Under the pieces are notes generated by a model. It did no database searches. It was not told the DNA's origin and saw nothing but the letters and a program-made list of their open reading frames with translations. Source: Asterias rubens (Eukaryota). Taken from it: a stretch of DNA of 64,000 nt. Made by a program: the position numbers and the translations under genes. Position 1 is the stretch's first letter. Each line of letters starts with the position of its first letter. Where the stretch lies: assembly GCF_902459465.1 (NCBI RefSeq), contig NC_047070.1, forward strand, positions 18,290,001-18,354,000. The letters are read 5' to 3'. Of this stretch, positions 12,301 to 24,240 are shown piece after piece.

Positions 12301-13950
12301 CCTGAAACAATATGAGGCTTATTAACCTGTGAATTTGTTTACTTCTTGGCGATTTGCATGGAAATGCTTGCCTATAAATTGGACCATTTAAATTGGCCTC
12401 TACAGGAGAAAGTGGAGGCAATGCACCATTTGGGTGTTAGATCTTAATCACAAGTTAACGCTTAAATTTGAATTTCTCAGACCAGAGAGATAGTTGCTAT
12501 GGCACATGATTCGGGCAAGCTTTTGCATTGCAAGTTGAGAGAAAGCAAACTCCTATACACAATTCTAAATAAATGTGTATGGCACAATGGTACTGTGGTT
12601 TGCTCATCAGGTAAAAGCCAAATCACAAAGAACTGGTTCTCACTACGCTCTAAACGAAATGTAGCCGAACGGGCTTTAACTGTTTTTAGGATGGATTCAG
12701 ACTTTTTGAGAACTACATGTAGTTTGATGTGACCAAGCCTTAAATTAGTTTTATAATACATGCTTTGGGGTATAAAAACACTTACCTCCAGGTAAAATAA
12801 ATGTTAATAAATCTGTCACAAAGAAGCACAGGAAGTCCATTTTTCTCTGGCGTAAAGATCTTGCAATGTCCCTTCGTATACCACCGGCCAGGTCTGGGCA
12901 AACCTGGGAAGGTGGGCGCTTCACAACATTGCCGGTGACGTCTGGGGTCAGCAGCACTGCCACAAGATCCTCTCGTTTAAATCTAATTGCTAAATGCACT
13001 AACGTAAAACCAACGTCAAATGCACTGGGTCTATTGAGGAGAGTCACTTCGTCGCGGTTAAGCTGGCGCGTTGGGGAGCCCCCAGAGGTAAGATACGCTT
13101 CCACAACCCTCGGGTCTCCCTCCACAACACCCATGCAGGCATTGAGGAACAGCCAGTCGGACTTGCGCAAGCGCCTGCGTATCTGTTTAATGCGTCGGTC
13201 GTGGTCGGCTAGGTTGATTGTGCCGTGGCTGAGTGTAGACTGTGGATTTGGCTCAGGGGTCACCGATGGTAGGGACACTTGTTGAAGTTCCACATTAGAA
13301 TCAGGACTCCTTGGCGGGGATATGGGTGGAGAGCTGCGGCTAGAGGCCTCAACGTTGCGTAGATTCTCTTCAATCAATGAACTGCTTGCAGCCATACCTG
13401 ATTCCGGACTGTGCTTGCTGCGCATAAACATGCACAAAGCACACTTCTTTGCTCTGGGCCAGTTCTCATATGTACACGCTGGGCAGGCCCATTTCTTCAC
13501 ATTCTGGGAAATATTACGGTTACGGTCGTTATTACCAACTTGACTTGCTTCTGGCGGCTTGGGTAATCGTGGTAACCTGAAACCCTTTGGGGTACCTCTG
13601 CCCTTATTATCCGCTGTAGGGCTACTGCTGCTATGTAACGAATAACACAGGGCGCATTTGGTGGCCTGGGGCCAGTTCATGTAGGTGCAGATCGGGCAGG
13701 ACCATTTTGCCGCCAGGGAAAGTGGTCCTCGGTGATCACTACCTGGAAGTATCAATGGTGCTGTCCTGGTACCAGTGGTTTTGGTACCAGTGGCCCTTGG
13801 TATTAACTCCCTCCGGGGCCCCTCTGGTGAGGTTGGGGCACTGATGTATTGAACAGGCCGGCGGGCTTGGCACAGAGTACACTTGATGGCACTGGGCCAA
13901 TTGTTGTAGGTACAGTATTCGCATGTCCATTTCTTGTGGTCATCAGTCAT
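9317..13950 (-). CDS. ZRANB1: OTU deubiquitinase TRABID (3 NZF fingers, ankyrin-UBD region, OTU domain), 667 aa
   Basis: Coding exons 13950-12786, 11596-11398, 10905-10661, 10180-9951, 9481-9317 (2004 nt, GT-AG, in phase). Three W-x-C-x2-C-T-Y-x-N-W-P-x4-C-x2-C fingers; catalytic AGDCLLDS and RGHFSAL motifs. Confidence 0.96.
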
Positions 13951-14154
13951 GCTGACCTTCCAACCTCACAAATCTGAAATGGCAAGATGGGTGTCTCAAA
14001 AATTAAACCAAGTATGATTAAACGGAATAATATTAATTAAACGCACAGCTAGCTAGAAGTGTTGTCATGTACACTGGGTCATGAACAGGGCCTGATTTCA
14101 CACAATTTCATTACTTCAGAATTATGTGAGGTAATGGGTAATGGTGTTACTGCA

Positions 14155-14302
14155 GCCGATTTCACGAAACGCTAGGATTGATCCTATCTCGAGTTTCGTC
14201 CTAACTTAGGATTAATCTTAAGGTCTGCATGCTACAGTGCAGGGTTGGGACTCGTCCTACGATTAGTCTTAAGTTAGGAAGAGTTTTATGAAATCGATGG
14301 CT
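14155..14302. mobile_element. Harbinger-like MITE family A copy in ZRANB1 intron 1
   Basis: CAGCCGATTTCACGAAAC...TTTTATGAAATCGATGGCTG; interior matches 5630-5792. Confidence 0.7.
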
Positions 14303-14381
14303 GGTGTACCGTAGTGTAGAGTGTACTACTAGCAGCAGAGTACCAGGTAGCATGTAAAATAATAATATTACTGTAAATCCA

Positions 14382-14440
14382 TAGTTCGATAACGTAACCA
14401 TCCTCCCGACAGCGGGGGGAGGGTTACATTATCGCAACTA
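14382..14440. repeat. Short hairpin element TAGTTGCGATAACGTAACCCTCC-n-GGAGGGTTACGTTATCGCAACTA, copy 1
   Basis: Imperfect palindrome; homologues at 17837-17910 and 44904-44964. Confidence 0.75.
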
Positions 14441-14693
14441 GCAAATCCATTGTCTCTTAATAATTTTTGTATCCAAAACGTGAAATAAACTTAAAACAAT
14501 TCAAAGTCTAACTAAAAACTAAAGTCTTTAGTAAAGACACAAATTCAAACATTTTCAAACTATATTTTTTATATGCAACAAAATTCTTGAAAAAACAAAC
14601 AACCGTTCAAATTTATTTAGTTACCATGCAAACAAGAAACCCATTAAATAAATTATAATCTTAATTGACAATGAGTATTGACATTCAAAATCA

Positions 14694-14830
14694 TGGATAA
14701 CTTTCCGTATGGCGCCACCACTTTTTCACCCTTTTTTACAAAAAGAGATATCTCATTGAGCTTTTTTGAGGTAAATTAGATACTTTATTATTTCATATCG
14801 AATGAAAAAGCGCCATACGGAAACTTTTCC
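14694..14830. mobile_element. Small MITE with inverted ends
   Basis: GGATAACTTTCCGTATGGCGC ... GCGCCATACGGAAACTTTTCC; an isolated end-like motif also at about 45466. Confidence 0.6.
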
Positions 14831-14922
14831 AAAATTATGAGTTTATTCAGTAGATTGTAGCACTAGTTAGCAGCATTACTAGAAAAACAGGTGAGCAGTG
14901 CACAGCTTGCTAGTGCTCAGTA

Positions 14923-14996
14923 GTGAATTATTGTTCATTGATTTACTGAACGTACTACTAGTACAGTGTTCAGTAAATCAATGAACAAAAATTCAC
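14923..14996. other. Long near-perfect hairpin in ZRANB1 intron 1
   Basis: 21-bp perfect arms at 14931-14951 and 14968-14988, plus 7 further bp after one mismatch; 16-nt loop. Confidence 0.85.
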
Positions 14997-15068
14997 AAAA
15001 TAACTGGAGCATTCTCTACTTTTTATTTATTTCTAAAAGACACCGAATCCCCCGAAAAAGCAACATAC

Positions 15069-15350
15069 CTCTTCTTCAACTTGACCACAACGCACCAACA
15101 AACTAAAACCAATCTTCTCGTCGCCCAAATAAGCTCCAAAAACCATCATAACAGCAGCATTCTGAGTGTTTCCCAACATCAACAAAGAGTAAGAAAAAAA
15201 ACCTACACGGCCATTTTATTATTATTTTGTTCACATCAGCTGGCTCCCGCGGTTAACCACAATAACATTCATCATAATGTTGCGATATCAACTCTGACTT
15301 GCGATAACCAGCGAACTATTTCTATGGGGGCTTTACAAAATGACGTCACC
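15069..15350 (-). promoter_or_regulatory. Putative non-coding first exon and promoter of ZRANB1
   Basis: Donor AG|GTATGT at 15069/15068; matching acceptor TTTCAG at 13974, 23 nt before the ATG; CRE-like TGACGTCA near 15342. The 5' end is approximate. Confidence 0.55.
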
Positions 15351-16139
15351 ATATCGCATCGAAACAAAAACAAACAAAACTAGAAGACAAGGAAAGAAAA
15401 ATGAGCATTGAAATGAACGTATTATAAAAGATAAATTTACATTAACGAGTCTCAGAATATTAAAAAATGGAAGTAAAATGTGCCTCAATTATTAATAATT
15501 GTCTAAACTAAAACTGTGCATCGATTTAATACGTCTGAAGTGGAGACTAGTTTCGACAGGGTTTATTTATTTATTTGCAAAATATCAACGCTTGGCGGCG
15601 CCCTTAAGAAAATACGGTTAGGTTCATTAATTTGTTGAACGTTTACAAAACGGATCCCTACAAAACAAGGTTTGTTGGTTTGTTTAGATGATCTTCCCAT
15701 CAAGGGAACTCGGCAAACTCCCCCACAAGGGGATATTAAACACCAAGCATGAGTCTATGAAATTTATGAAATTTATATGAGTTGTTTTTCTTGCGTTTGG
15801 TTGAACAACTCGGCCTTTGCATGTATTTTCCATGCGCGTGATTAGCAGACGACACAACAAAAAATTAACAATTATAAACGCGCCTACCCTTCAGTCACTG
15901 TACAAGAATGTCCAATAATTTAGCAAAAGCAGAATGATATTCGCCGCACAAACCTATTTTATATGCATGTCCACATTTAATGTGGATGTCCACTTCTTTT
16001 CTTAGTTCTACATACAACCAAAACTTAAAAAGTTATCGTTCTCAACATTCCTCATTTCAATCTTTTATGGGTTGTTTTATTTTAAATTAAAGGGGGTGTC
16101 CTGATGTGGAGGCAGCGTTGTGCCGTCCTTGAGGCAGCG

Positions 16140-16722
16140 CGGCCCTGTTTTGGTTAAACGATGTAAGTCATTTTTTTTTAGATTTTGAGATAAAGCCATT
16201 TCCCAGTAAAGTGAGGGCGCTCTTTCCGATTCTGAAAATCTTATCGTCAACGGATGAGTGGTTCAGAAGATACAAACTGTATGTTGACCTGTACAACTCA
16301 AAGTTTGTGACTTTAATTCACAAAAAAGATGTATGTCACACTTACACTTACTTTACAAACTAAAAATATGGTAAAATGGTGTATCTCTCTGACATACACC
16401 ATTTGAGCAAATTAATCAACATCCCAAATGCTTTTCAGTATACCATTGTTATGCACCAGTTTGACGACATACGCTTTCCTGTGAGTGTGCATTATTTCGG
16501 TGAAATGATGTATCTTTGAATAAACTGTCACAGTTTCTTTAATAATGTTCAAAAACTTATAACAAAATATGGAAACCTATTTTCAATTATTACATTAGTG
16601 AAAAACTTTTTAAAAAATGACAATCCAATATTCTGAAACAAAAAGGCAGTTATTTAAACTTTAAACCTATTTTTCTTGAAATTAGTTTTTTTGAGATACA
16701 TCGTTTTACCAAAACAGGGCCG
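16140..16722. mobile_element. About 580-bp element with 25-bp inverted termini, between the ZRANB1 and ADPRHL2 starts
   Basis: GGCCCTGTTTTGGTTAAACGATGTA versus TACATCGTTTTACCAAAACAGGGCC (1 mismatch). Confidence 0.6.
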
Positions 16723-17836
16723 AGCGAGAGGCAGACGGTGAGTTAGGAGGGCGCCACCATGCGGCGGAGTTTGGTTATGCCATTCTAATGCCTCCGTCGC
16801 TGGTCGGTTGCTTTTCCGACTTCCAATTACAGGTAAACTTTCTTCTTTTTGCAAGTGTGATTTAAATATATAAACTTTAGGGCAATAAACCGGGTATAAC
16901 AAACATCATTTAGATTTATCCATCAGCCCATTCAAGCTCTGGATTGTATTTTATTTTTCAGTAATTAAAGTTCAGTCAAAGTTGTAAAGTAGATAAAACT
17001 GTCATGGCGCCGTCCATAGCAACCGCGCTCTGCTGGTACATGTGCGTTTATTTAACACGAGCATGAGGTTTATTGTATGTGGTGAAATAATTCCTGTAGT
17101 TAATGCATCTGTGAAATGGGTAATTTACAGTACAGTTATACGTATTAAGTCTAAGTTGATTGAGCAATGTGGGCATATTTTGACGAATTAATGGTGATCC
17201 ATAGTCTAGTTATGCTACAACAGCGCCCTCTACGTCATTGGTAGAGTTGTGAAATTGGTACATGTATTGACATAGTGTGTTAATTAGCTTGCCATGGTGA
17301 ATTATTTGGAGAAGGTTGTCTATTATTATTAAGCTGATGACTTTAAGACTTTAGAATAAATCTATATATTGTTCTGATAATTCTTAAGGGTTTTAGGACA
17401 AGATCTGGATAATCCCATGTATATTGTTTTGACTGGTAGAAACTAACTGTACTGCTGGATATAATTGTTTAATACAGGTCTTACAGATACAGGTGTATAT
17501 TTCAAAACAGAAGGGTTGCAAATTAATTAATTGAGAGTTGCATTATTTCACACTCAGTATTTTACCTAATTGGATAGATTTTGGTGCACACGCACTGCAT
17601 GTATTTATCATACTAATGATTTCTTTTATTTTCTCTTTTCTCTTTTACTTGTTAATTGTTTACTGTTAACTTTGTCATGCCATTCTAATGCCTCCGTCGC
17701 TGGTCGGTTGCTTTTCCGACTTCCAATTACAGTTACCAAATTAAAGAGTCAATCCGAACCCACTGATGTTTCGAGGTTTCAAATTATTTTAGGCCTCGTT
17801 CGTCACCCCCCTCCACACTATTTGACTTTGAAAAGT

Positions 17837-17910
17837 TAGTTGCGATTATCGTTTCCCTCCATCTGCCTAATAACAGTCGGGAGGAGGGAGGGTTACGATC
17901 ATCGCAACTA
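17837..17910. repeat. Short hairpin element, copy 2
   Basis: TAGTTGCGATTATCG...GGGAGGGTTACGATCATCGCAACTA. Confidence 0.75.
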
Positions 17911-17998
17911 TGAAAAGTGGTAAAAGAAATAATGTAGTAATAACAATAATATTGCTCTTGTTTATATAAATATTTTGTTTAAGATTGAAAGGTACAAG

Positions 17999-20477
17999 AT
18001 GGCAAGTGCTGCATCAAGACTGAAGAGCCGTTTCCGTGGCAGCCTTGTTGGTGCAGTTGCTGGTGACTGCCTTGGAGCCCCTTATGAGTGTGGCACTCAA
18101 CTACCTGAAGGGGGTACTTTGATGTCAGAGGTCGTCAAGTTCATGCAGAATCTTGGCAAAAACATTGATAAGGAAAAAGGTCAATCAAAACTCTTCTTGA
18201 AAGTTAAACCATCAGGACGACACAGTTTTTGAGAGTAATTTTGTAACCCTTTTTAAAGAAAAAATGCAAGCATTTATTTACAAACTTTCTCATGTACTCA
18301 TTTTGACATTTTATTTCTTCTGGAACTTTAATATTTTTCTTTCTTCTTGGTGATCTAGGTCGTAAATTTGCATTTACCGATGACACAGCAATGGCACGTT
18401 CTGTCGCTGCTTCTCTCATTCACTGCAAGGGCAAATATGACGCACGAGATATGGCCCGGAGGTAACTATTGATATCAATATACTTTAAAGGTCATGTCTG
18501 GATATGAAATGATCCACTAGTACATTAATACATTACCGGTATCCCAATTTGTAATTATTTACTGACAAAAGTTGATTCAAGAAATTACAATGTCGGCAAT
18601 GCCTGGGCAATTTGTCACGATTATACATCAAATTAATGGTCTCCTAAGGGTTAAAGCAGCTCTGTGAAATTAGTTTTTAAAACATGTTTCGAGATATCAC
18701 CCTACTCACAAGGCCGGATGGCCACTTCAAGGTGAGGGCTACACTTCATTGACCTGCCCAACCTTTTTACAAAGTAATTCTGGTTAAGTACATTGCTCAA
18801 GGGCACACGTGTCATGACCTGGTTTGGAACCCACACTCTGCTGCTGTCAACACCAGAGCTTGGTTCTGGTGACCTAGGGCGCTCAGCCATGACACGCCTT
18901 AAAGTATACATGGAATTGCCCACTTCAATGTATATTTCCCTTAACAACGCCCCCCTCTCTCTCTCTTGTACCACTCCATAGGTTCTCTGAGGAGTATATG
19001 AATGAGCCGTTTCGAGGATATGGCGGAAACGTTGTAGAAATACTCCCAGCCCTCGGTGACCTCCGTGTCAAGGACATCTATTCACCGGCGGAAAGCCAAT
19101 TTAATGGAGAGGGTTCCTTTGGCAACGGGGGCGGCATGAGAATCGCTCCTGTGGGTCTATGCTCAGCTGAGAATCTGGACAGAGTGATTGAGGTATGTTG
19201 GCTGCATGTCTTGATGGAGATGCAACTCCTTGCCACTTAAAGATACCTCATAATCATTGAGATTTATGCATTCAACCAGTCACAGCTGCAGGCCTGGTAC
19301 TTCATGGAAGCAACAAATGCAATTGCCTCCATGCCCTCTAGTCATGCCTTGGTGCCCTTGAAATGCCCCAGTAGAAATTTACAATTTCCTCATATGGTGC
19401 CCTTTACCAAGGAGAAAATGCCATGGTGCTCTGGCCCTTTCAAAAACAAAGTATACAGGCCTGCAGCTGAAACTAGCAGTCTCTCTCACTGGCCAAAGGT
19501 CAATTAAAACTCAGGAGGACCAGTCAAAATTCACTCCAAGTTGCCTGACTGGCTAGTTCAGTGTTTTGTTTGAACCATGTTGTTCATGATGATGATATTC
19601 TGTTCTAACACCTTTATCAGATAGCAAGAGAGAGCACCAAGCTGACTCACTCCAATGAACTAGGCTACAATGGTGCAGTCCTCCAAGCCTGTGCCGTCAA
19701 CTTTGCTCTCCATGCCGACCCCGTGACCTTCAACCCTGATGGCTTTGTGGAGAGTTTACTGAAGGTCATGGGTCGAGTGGAGTCTGATGGTGTATACAGT
19801 GACAAACTGAAAAGGATGAGGGAAATGCTGAAGACAGATCCTACCACAGATGACGTTGTGGAAGAGCTAGGTAAATCAGTGGAGTTTGAAACTTGTGATT
19901 CTTTTTTTAAGGAGTTTGTCCTGCGCACTGTTAACGTCAAAATCCTGGCCCAGTGACCAGGGGTAATGTTTGATCATGCTAAAAGACCACTTTGGTAGCA
20001 CACGAGTCATTTTTCAAATAATGTCTTACGATCCTCAAGAATAATATGTGAACATTCAAATGTGAAAGGATTCTCTTCTTGGAGACTGCCTGGATCTGAT
20101 ATTCTGGAAATTGCCTCTACAGGTCGATATTATTATCCAGCCAGAAATGACTAACACCAAGAATTTCTGTTTTATTCTAACTTGCAGGTAATGAGGTCAT
20201 TGCCCATTTGTCTATACCCTCCGCAGTGTACTCATTCCTGAGGTGCATTCAACCAGTGCATGGAATCCCCTTAGAAAACGCCATGGAAAGGACAATCACC
20301 TATGCTATCTCCCTGGATGGAGACACGGATACGATAGCTTCGATGGCCGGGGCGATAGCGGGTGCCTTTTATGGGATAGAGGAGGTACCCAAAGAGTGGA
20401 TGGGCGTGTGCGAGGGTGTGGATGACGCCATTGAGCAGGCTGATCAGTTACTGGATATCATGCTAGGAGGAGATTAG
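17999..20477 (+). CDS. ADPRHL2: ADP-ribosylhydrolase ARH3 (ADP-ribosylserine hydrolase), 344 aa from ATG 17999
   Basis: Exons 17984-18179, 18359-18461, 18982-19192, 19621-19870, 20188-20477. Motifs GDCLG, FTDDT, GSFGNGGGMRIAP, TH, GDTDT. A probable upstream exon ends at 16832 (CAG|GTAAAC). Confidence 0.95.
18700..18900 (-). mobile_element. Same CORE-like SINE, reverse orientation, in an ADPRHL2 intron
   Basis: Reverse complement contains GGTCATGACACGTGTGCCCTTGAGCAA; another partial copy at about 27396-27495. Confidence 0.6.
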
Positions 20478-22306
20478 CATTGGCTGACGAAGAAGGCCAA
20501 TGTGGACTGGAATAACCATGCAGAGCTTGATATGGGGCATGGTGTGCTCCTTCATGGTGAACTCCCCAATTATTTAGAGGAAAGAAGAGTGTTTAAGTAT
20601 AGGAATATGGGGTGGGGGGGGGGGGGGTTACCCTCTGCCGCTATGGTCAAGTTTGAATGCTTGGGCACAACCAGCGTGGTCAATGGATGACTTCCTGATC
20701 TACCTGTTTTTATATTTCAAGCTTCTGAACAACCAACCCTAGTACTTCTTGAACACTTCTTTGAGCACTTATTTTGTATATTTCCAAAAGATTCAAAGTT
20801 AAAGACAGTTTTACAAAATTTAGTATTTTGAGTTTCGCTCAATAGAAGACAGTTTTATACATTTTTTTTGTGTCAAGGTTGTACGATAGTACAGGAAATC
20901 GGTACAAAACAACACAGTACTTGTAATGATGAAAGAATCTTGCATTTCATGAAATAATGATATAGATATATAGATATATGATATATAGACAGTTAGTTAG
21001 GCTGGCTGAAATAAATGCGGAGATTAATTTATAGGTGAAGATTTGGGTTAAATTACTCGCATAGCAAATGGAGAGTGAACTTGAGAATACTGATGACTTA
21101 TTTACACAACCATGCTTGGTCCAATTTCATGGGGCTGCTTAAGCACAAAAAAATGCTTATTAAATGTCTGTTAATTACAAATAAGTAGGGAACCTTTCAC
21201 AAATTATGTACATAAGATGGTGATATGGCTGGTAACCTCTTTCTGCTAAGCACAAATGTTTTGCACTTGGACAATTTATTTGGCTTAAGCAGCTCTATTA
21301 AGTATTTGTGGATTTTTTTCTCTCACATAACTCAGGAAACTAACTCGGGGAAATTACCAAGTTAACAGCAATTACAACAAACCGCAACTAAACAATTTAT
21401 ATTGCATTGATGACACAATAATGACAATAAATCTTATTTTTTGTATCATCTTATCCAGTGCTGCACACATGCAGTTGTTTTTAATTTGTATACATTATAG
21501 ATCTCACTAATAAAGATTAATACAGATATTGTAAAGATATCACAACTTTGAAGCAAAATATAGTAAAATCTTTCACAGCCTAATTTGAAATATTGTACAG
21601 TATCCGAATAAATGTACAGGTTTACTATAAAAAGAAAGAACAAAAAAGGGAAAAATTATACTTTATTTATTAACACACAAACAAATAAATGGCCCAAAAG
21701 AAATGAAATAAACCAAAGTTCAATGTTTGTACATTGTATTGTTAACTTTTCATGCTTAGGAAACAACAAAAAGTCATTCAATAAGCCAAGTTTTATATTT
21801 GAAGTTACTCAGCAGATGATTTCTTTTTACTTTTATTAAACAATTTTTTTTTTAACAATCCCTTGCTCCCTCTCACAAAACATTGATATATAAATTTATC
21901 ATACAGGATTGTCAGACCTGACAAAATAGTCGCGGGAAGTGTTTATGTTTTGTGTGCTCAACTATACACATGAAATAACTAACCTATGAAAATTTGGGCT
22001 GAAATTGTCAGTCAGGAGAAAATAGTGAAAAACATGCACAATTTCCAATCAAGATGCCAAAGAAATTCAGACAACCTTTGACCAGACACTTTTAGTTCGG
22101 AGTGAGTTAAATCTTGAGTCTATCCCCAAACTATCTTTGAATATACAAATTTTAATTTGTTGTTTTATTAACTGAAAGCAAGTTGAGGAACAGGGGAAGA
22201 AATAGTGTATCACCTAGTCTCTTAAAACAAGGCTTGCATATGTAACAACATATGGACCCTGACAACGATAATCACTGTTTCATAAACTTTGTCTTCAATC
22301 ATAAAT

Positions 22307-23630
22307 TTGATATTTAAGCCAATCAATGTTCAAGGGCAGTTTGTTTCATGAAAGTATACTATTTCCATGTAAACTATTTGCACAACACCACAATTTCTGC
22401 AGCATAAAAACTAACAAATAATAAAATGAAACAGAAAAAACCCCCCATAAATTTACCTTGTAAAAAAATGCCTACTGAATTATACACTTAGAAATAAACC
22501 TTTTCGCAAATACACATTGGGCAAGCGCCAACTGCAGAATGAGGTGAGGGGGGGGGGTTGTTAGTTGACCTACAACCTTTAGTTCATTCTCGACCTACTA
22601 CTACTTTAATGTGCTTTCAGATGTGCCTACCAGAAACAAAATTTTAAAATTATAAAATGTAAGCGACACTAGTTTTAAATTTATAGAGAATTAATACAAT
22701 ATCTTTGGGTGTTAAAAAATATACAACAGATATGGCCACAGATATTTTTCTTCTTTCCCCTAATCTTGATATTTAAGCCAATCATTGTTCAAGGGCAGCT
22801 TGTTTCATGTAAGTATACTATTTACATGTATACTATTTGCACAACACCACAAACCATAAATTCTGCAGCATAAAAACTAACAATAGTGTCATGTGTCTTT
22901 AACAGCCTACTTACATTACTTAACTGTAAAACCATACAAATTTCAGTTGTAATCAACCAAGACGGCCTTGCCAACTTTAATCATGTTTTTCCCCCTACTT
23001 CTAATGAGGTTTCTGAGGAAAGTAAGGTTAAAATTTGTGACTTGTCTCTCTTTTTTTTCATTTCACTTTCCAATTGTCCTTAAATCTTGTTACAAACATG
23101 ACCTCGGCAGACAGATGGGATTTAAATTAGTTTCTGATATTGACAGGCATTAAGAACAAAGATATTGAAAAATAATGGAGGCCCCCAACATTAGGGCAAG
23201 ATGGCTCAGTTGTAAGACCATCCCCTCGTTTCCGAATAATGAATACCACTGCGAGTCACAAAATGTATAACTGTGTTGGTCAAACATTTCAACTTGTTTG
23301 TTTCTTTCATGTTGTTTTGGGTAGCACAACTGCTTTATCAGAAGATACAGCTAATTTGATAGCAATATTTTTTTCACTTCCTGCTTTGTAACCTGGGCCC
23401 AATTTAACAGCGCTGCTAAGCGGCCGATTTTGTGCTTACTGCGCACTTTCTATTTCATAGCGCTGCTTCAGTGCTTACCGCACGAAAAGAAATGATGTCA
23501 CAATGAAAAATTATCAAATGTAAGAGACACTACTAGTTTTAAATTTATAGAGAATTAATACAAAATCTTTGGGTGTTAAAAAATATATAACAATTATGGC
23601 CGCAGATTATTTTTCTTTTCCCCCTAATCT
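22307..23630. repeat. Interleaved ~110-bp duplications A(22307-22417), B(22655-22766), A'(22766-22883), B'(23516-23630)
   Basis: Direct sequence comparison of the two pairs. Confidence 0.8.
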
Positions 23631-23926
23631 GCATGTTGTACTTTTCTTATTGCTTTCTATTCACTCTGAAACTAAACAAAAATACACATGAAGGCCTCAA
23701 AAAAGTAAAGTGTGTATTCAAACAAAAGTTTAAATTCATGACCTGTTACAAAAATATTGTGTAAAATTAATATTACTGACTACTGTGTGAAATGAAGCAT
23801 AGCATGTGGCCATGCAGGATACAAAATTTAAAGTCACGGTGGAAATGTCCATCAGACATGTGGTTGTCGGCCAAAAAAGTGAGGGCACCCCAAAGATGTC
23901 CGATCAAAATCATCTTCAGGCCTCGA

Positions 23927-24240
23927 AATAACCCAGAGCACCCACCGCAATGGCGTACAGGCACTCAGCAAGGTTCCAAATAACCCAGAGCACCCACCGC
24001 AATGGCGTACAGGCACTCAGCAAGGTTCCAAATAACCCAGAGCACCCACCGCAATGGCGTACAGGCACTCAGCAAGGTTCCAAATAACCCAGAGCACCCA
24101 CCAAAATGGCGTACAGGCACTCAGCAAGGTTCCAAATAACCCAGAGCACCCACCGCAATGGCGTACAGGCACTCAGCAAGGTTCCAAATAACCCAGAGCA
24201 CCCACCGCAATGGCGTACAGGCACTCAGCAAGGTTCCAAT
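23927..24240. repeat. Minisatellite, 52-bp unit x6
   Basis: AATAACCCAGAGCACCCACCGCAATGGCGTACAGGCACTCAGCAAGGTTCCA; only the fourth copy has a visible variant. Confidence 0.97.

Noticed and set aside
23927-24240. CRISPR-like array
   Set aside because: Units are contiguous and identical with no unique spacers, there are no cas genes and the context is eukaryotic. The same applies to 39593-39840.
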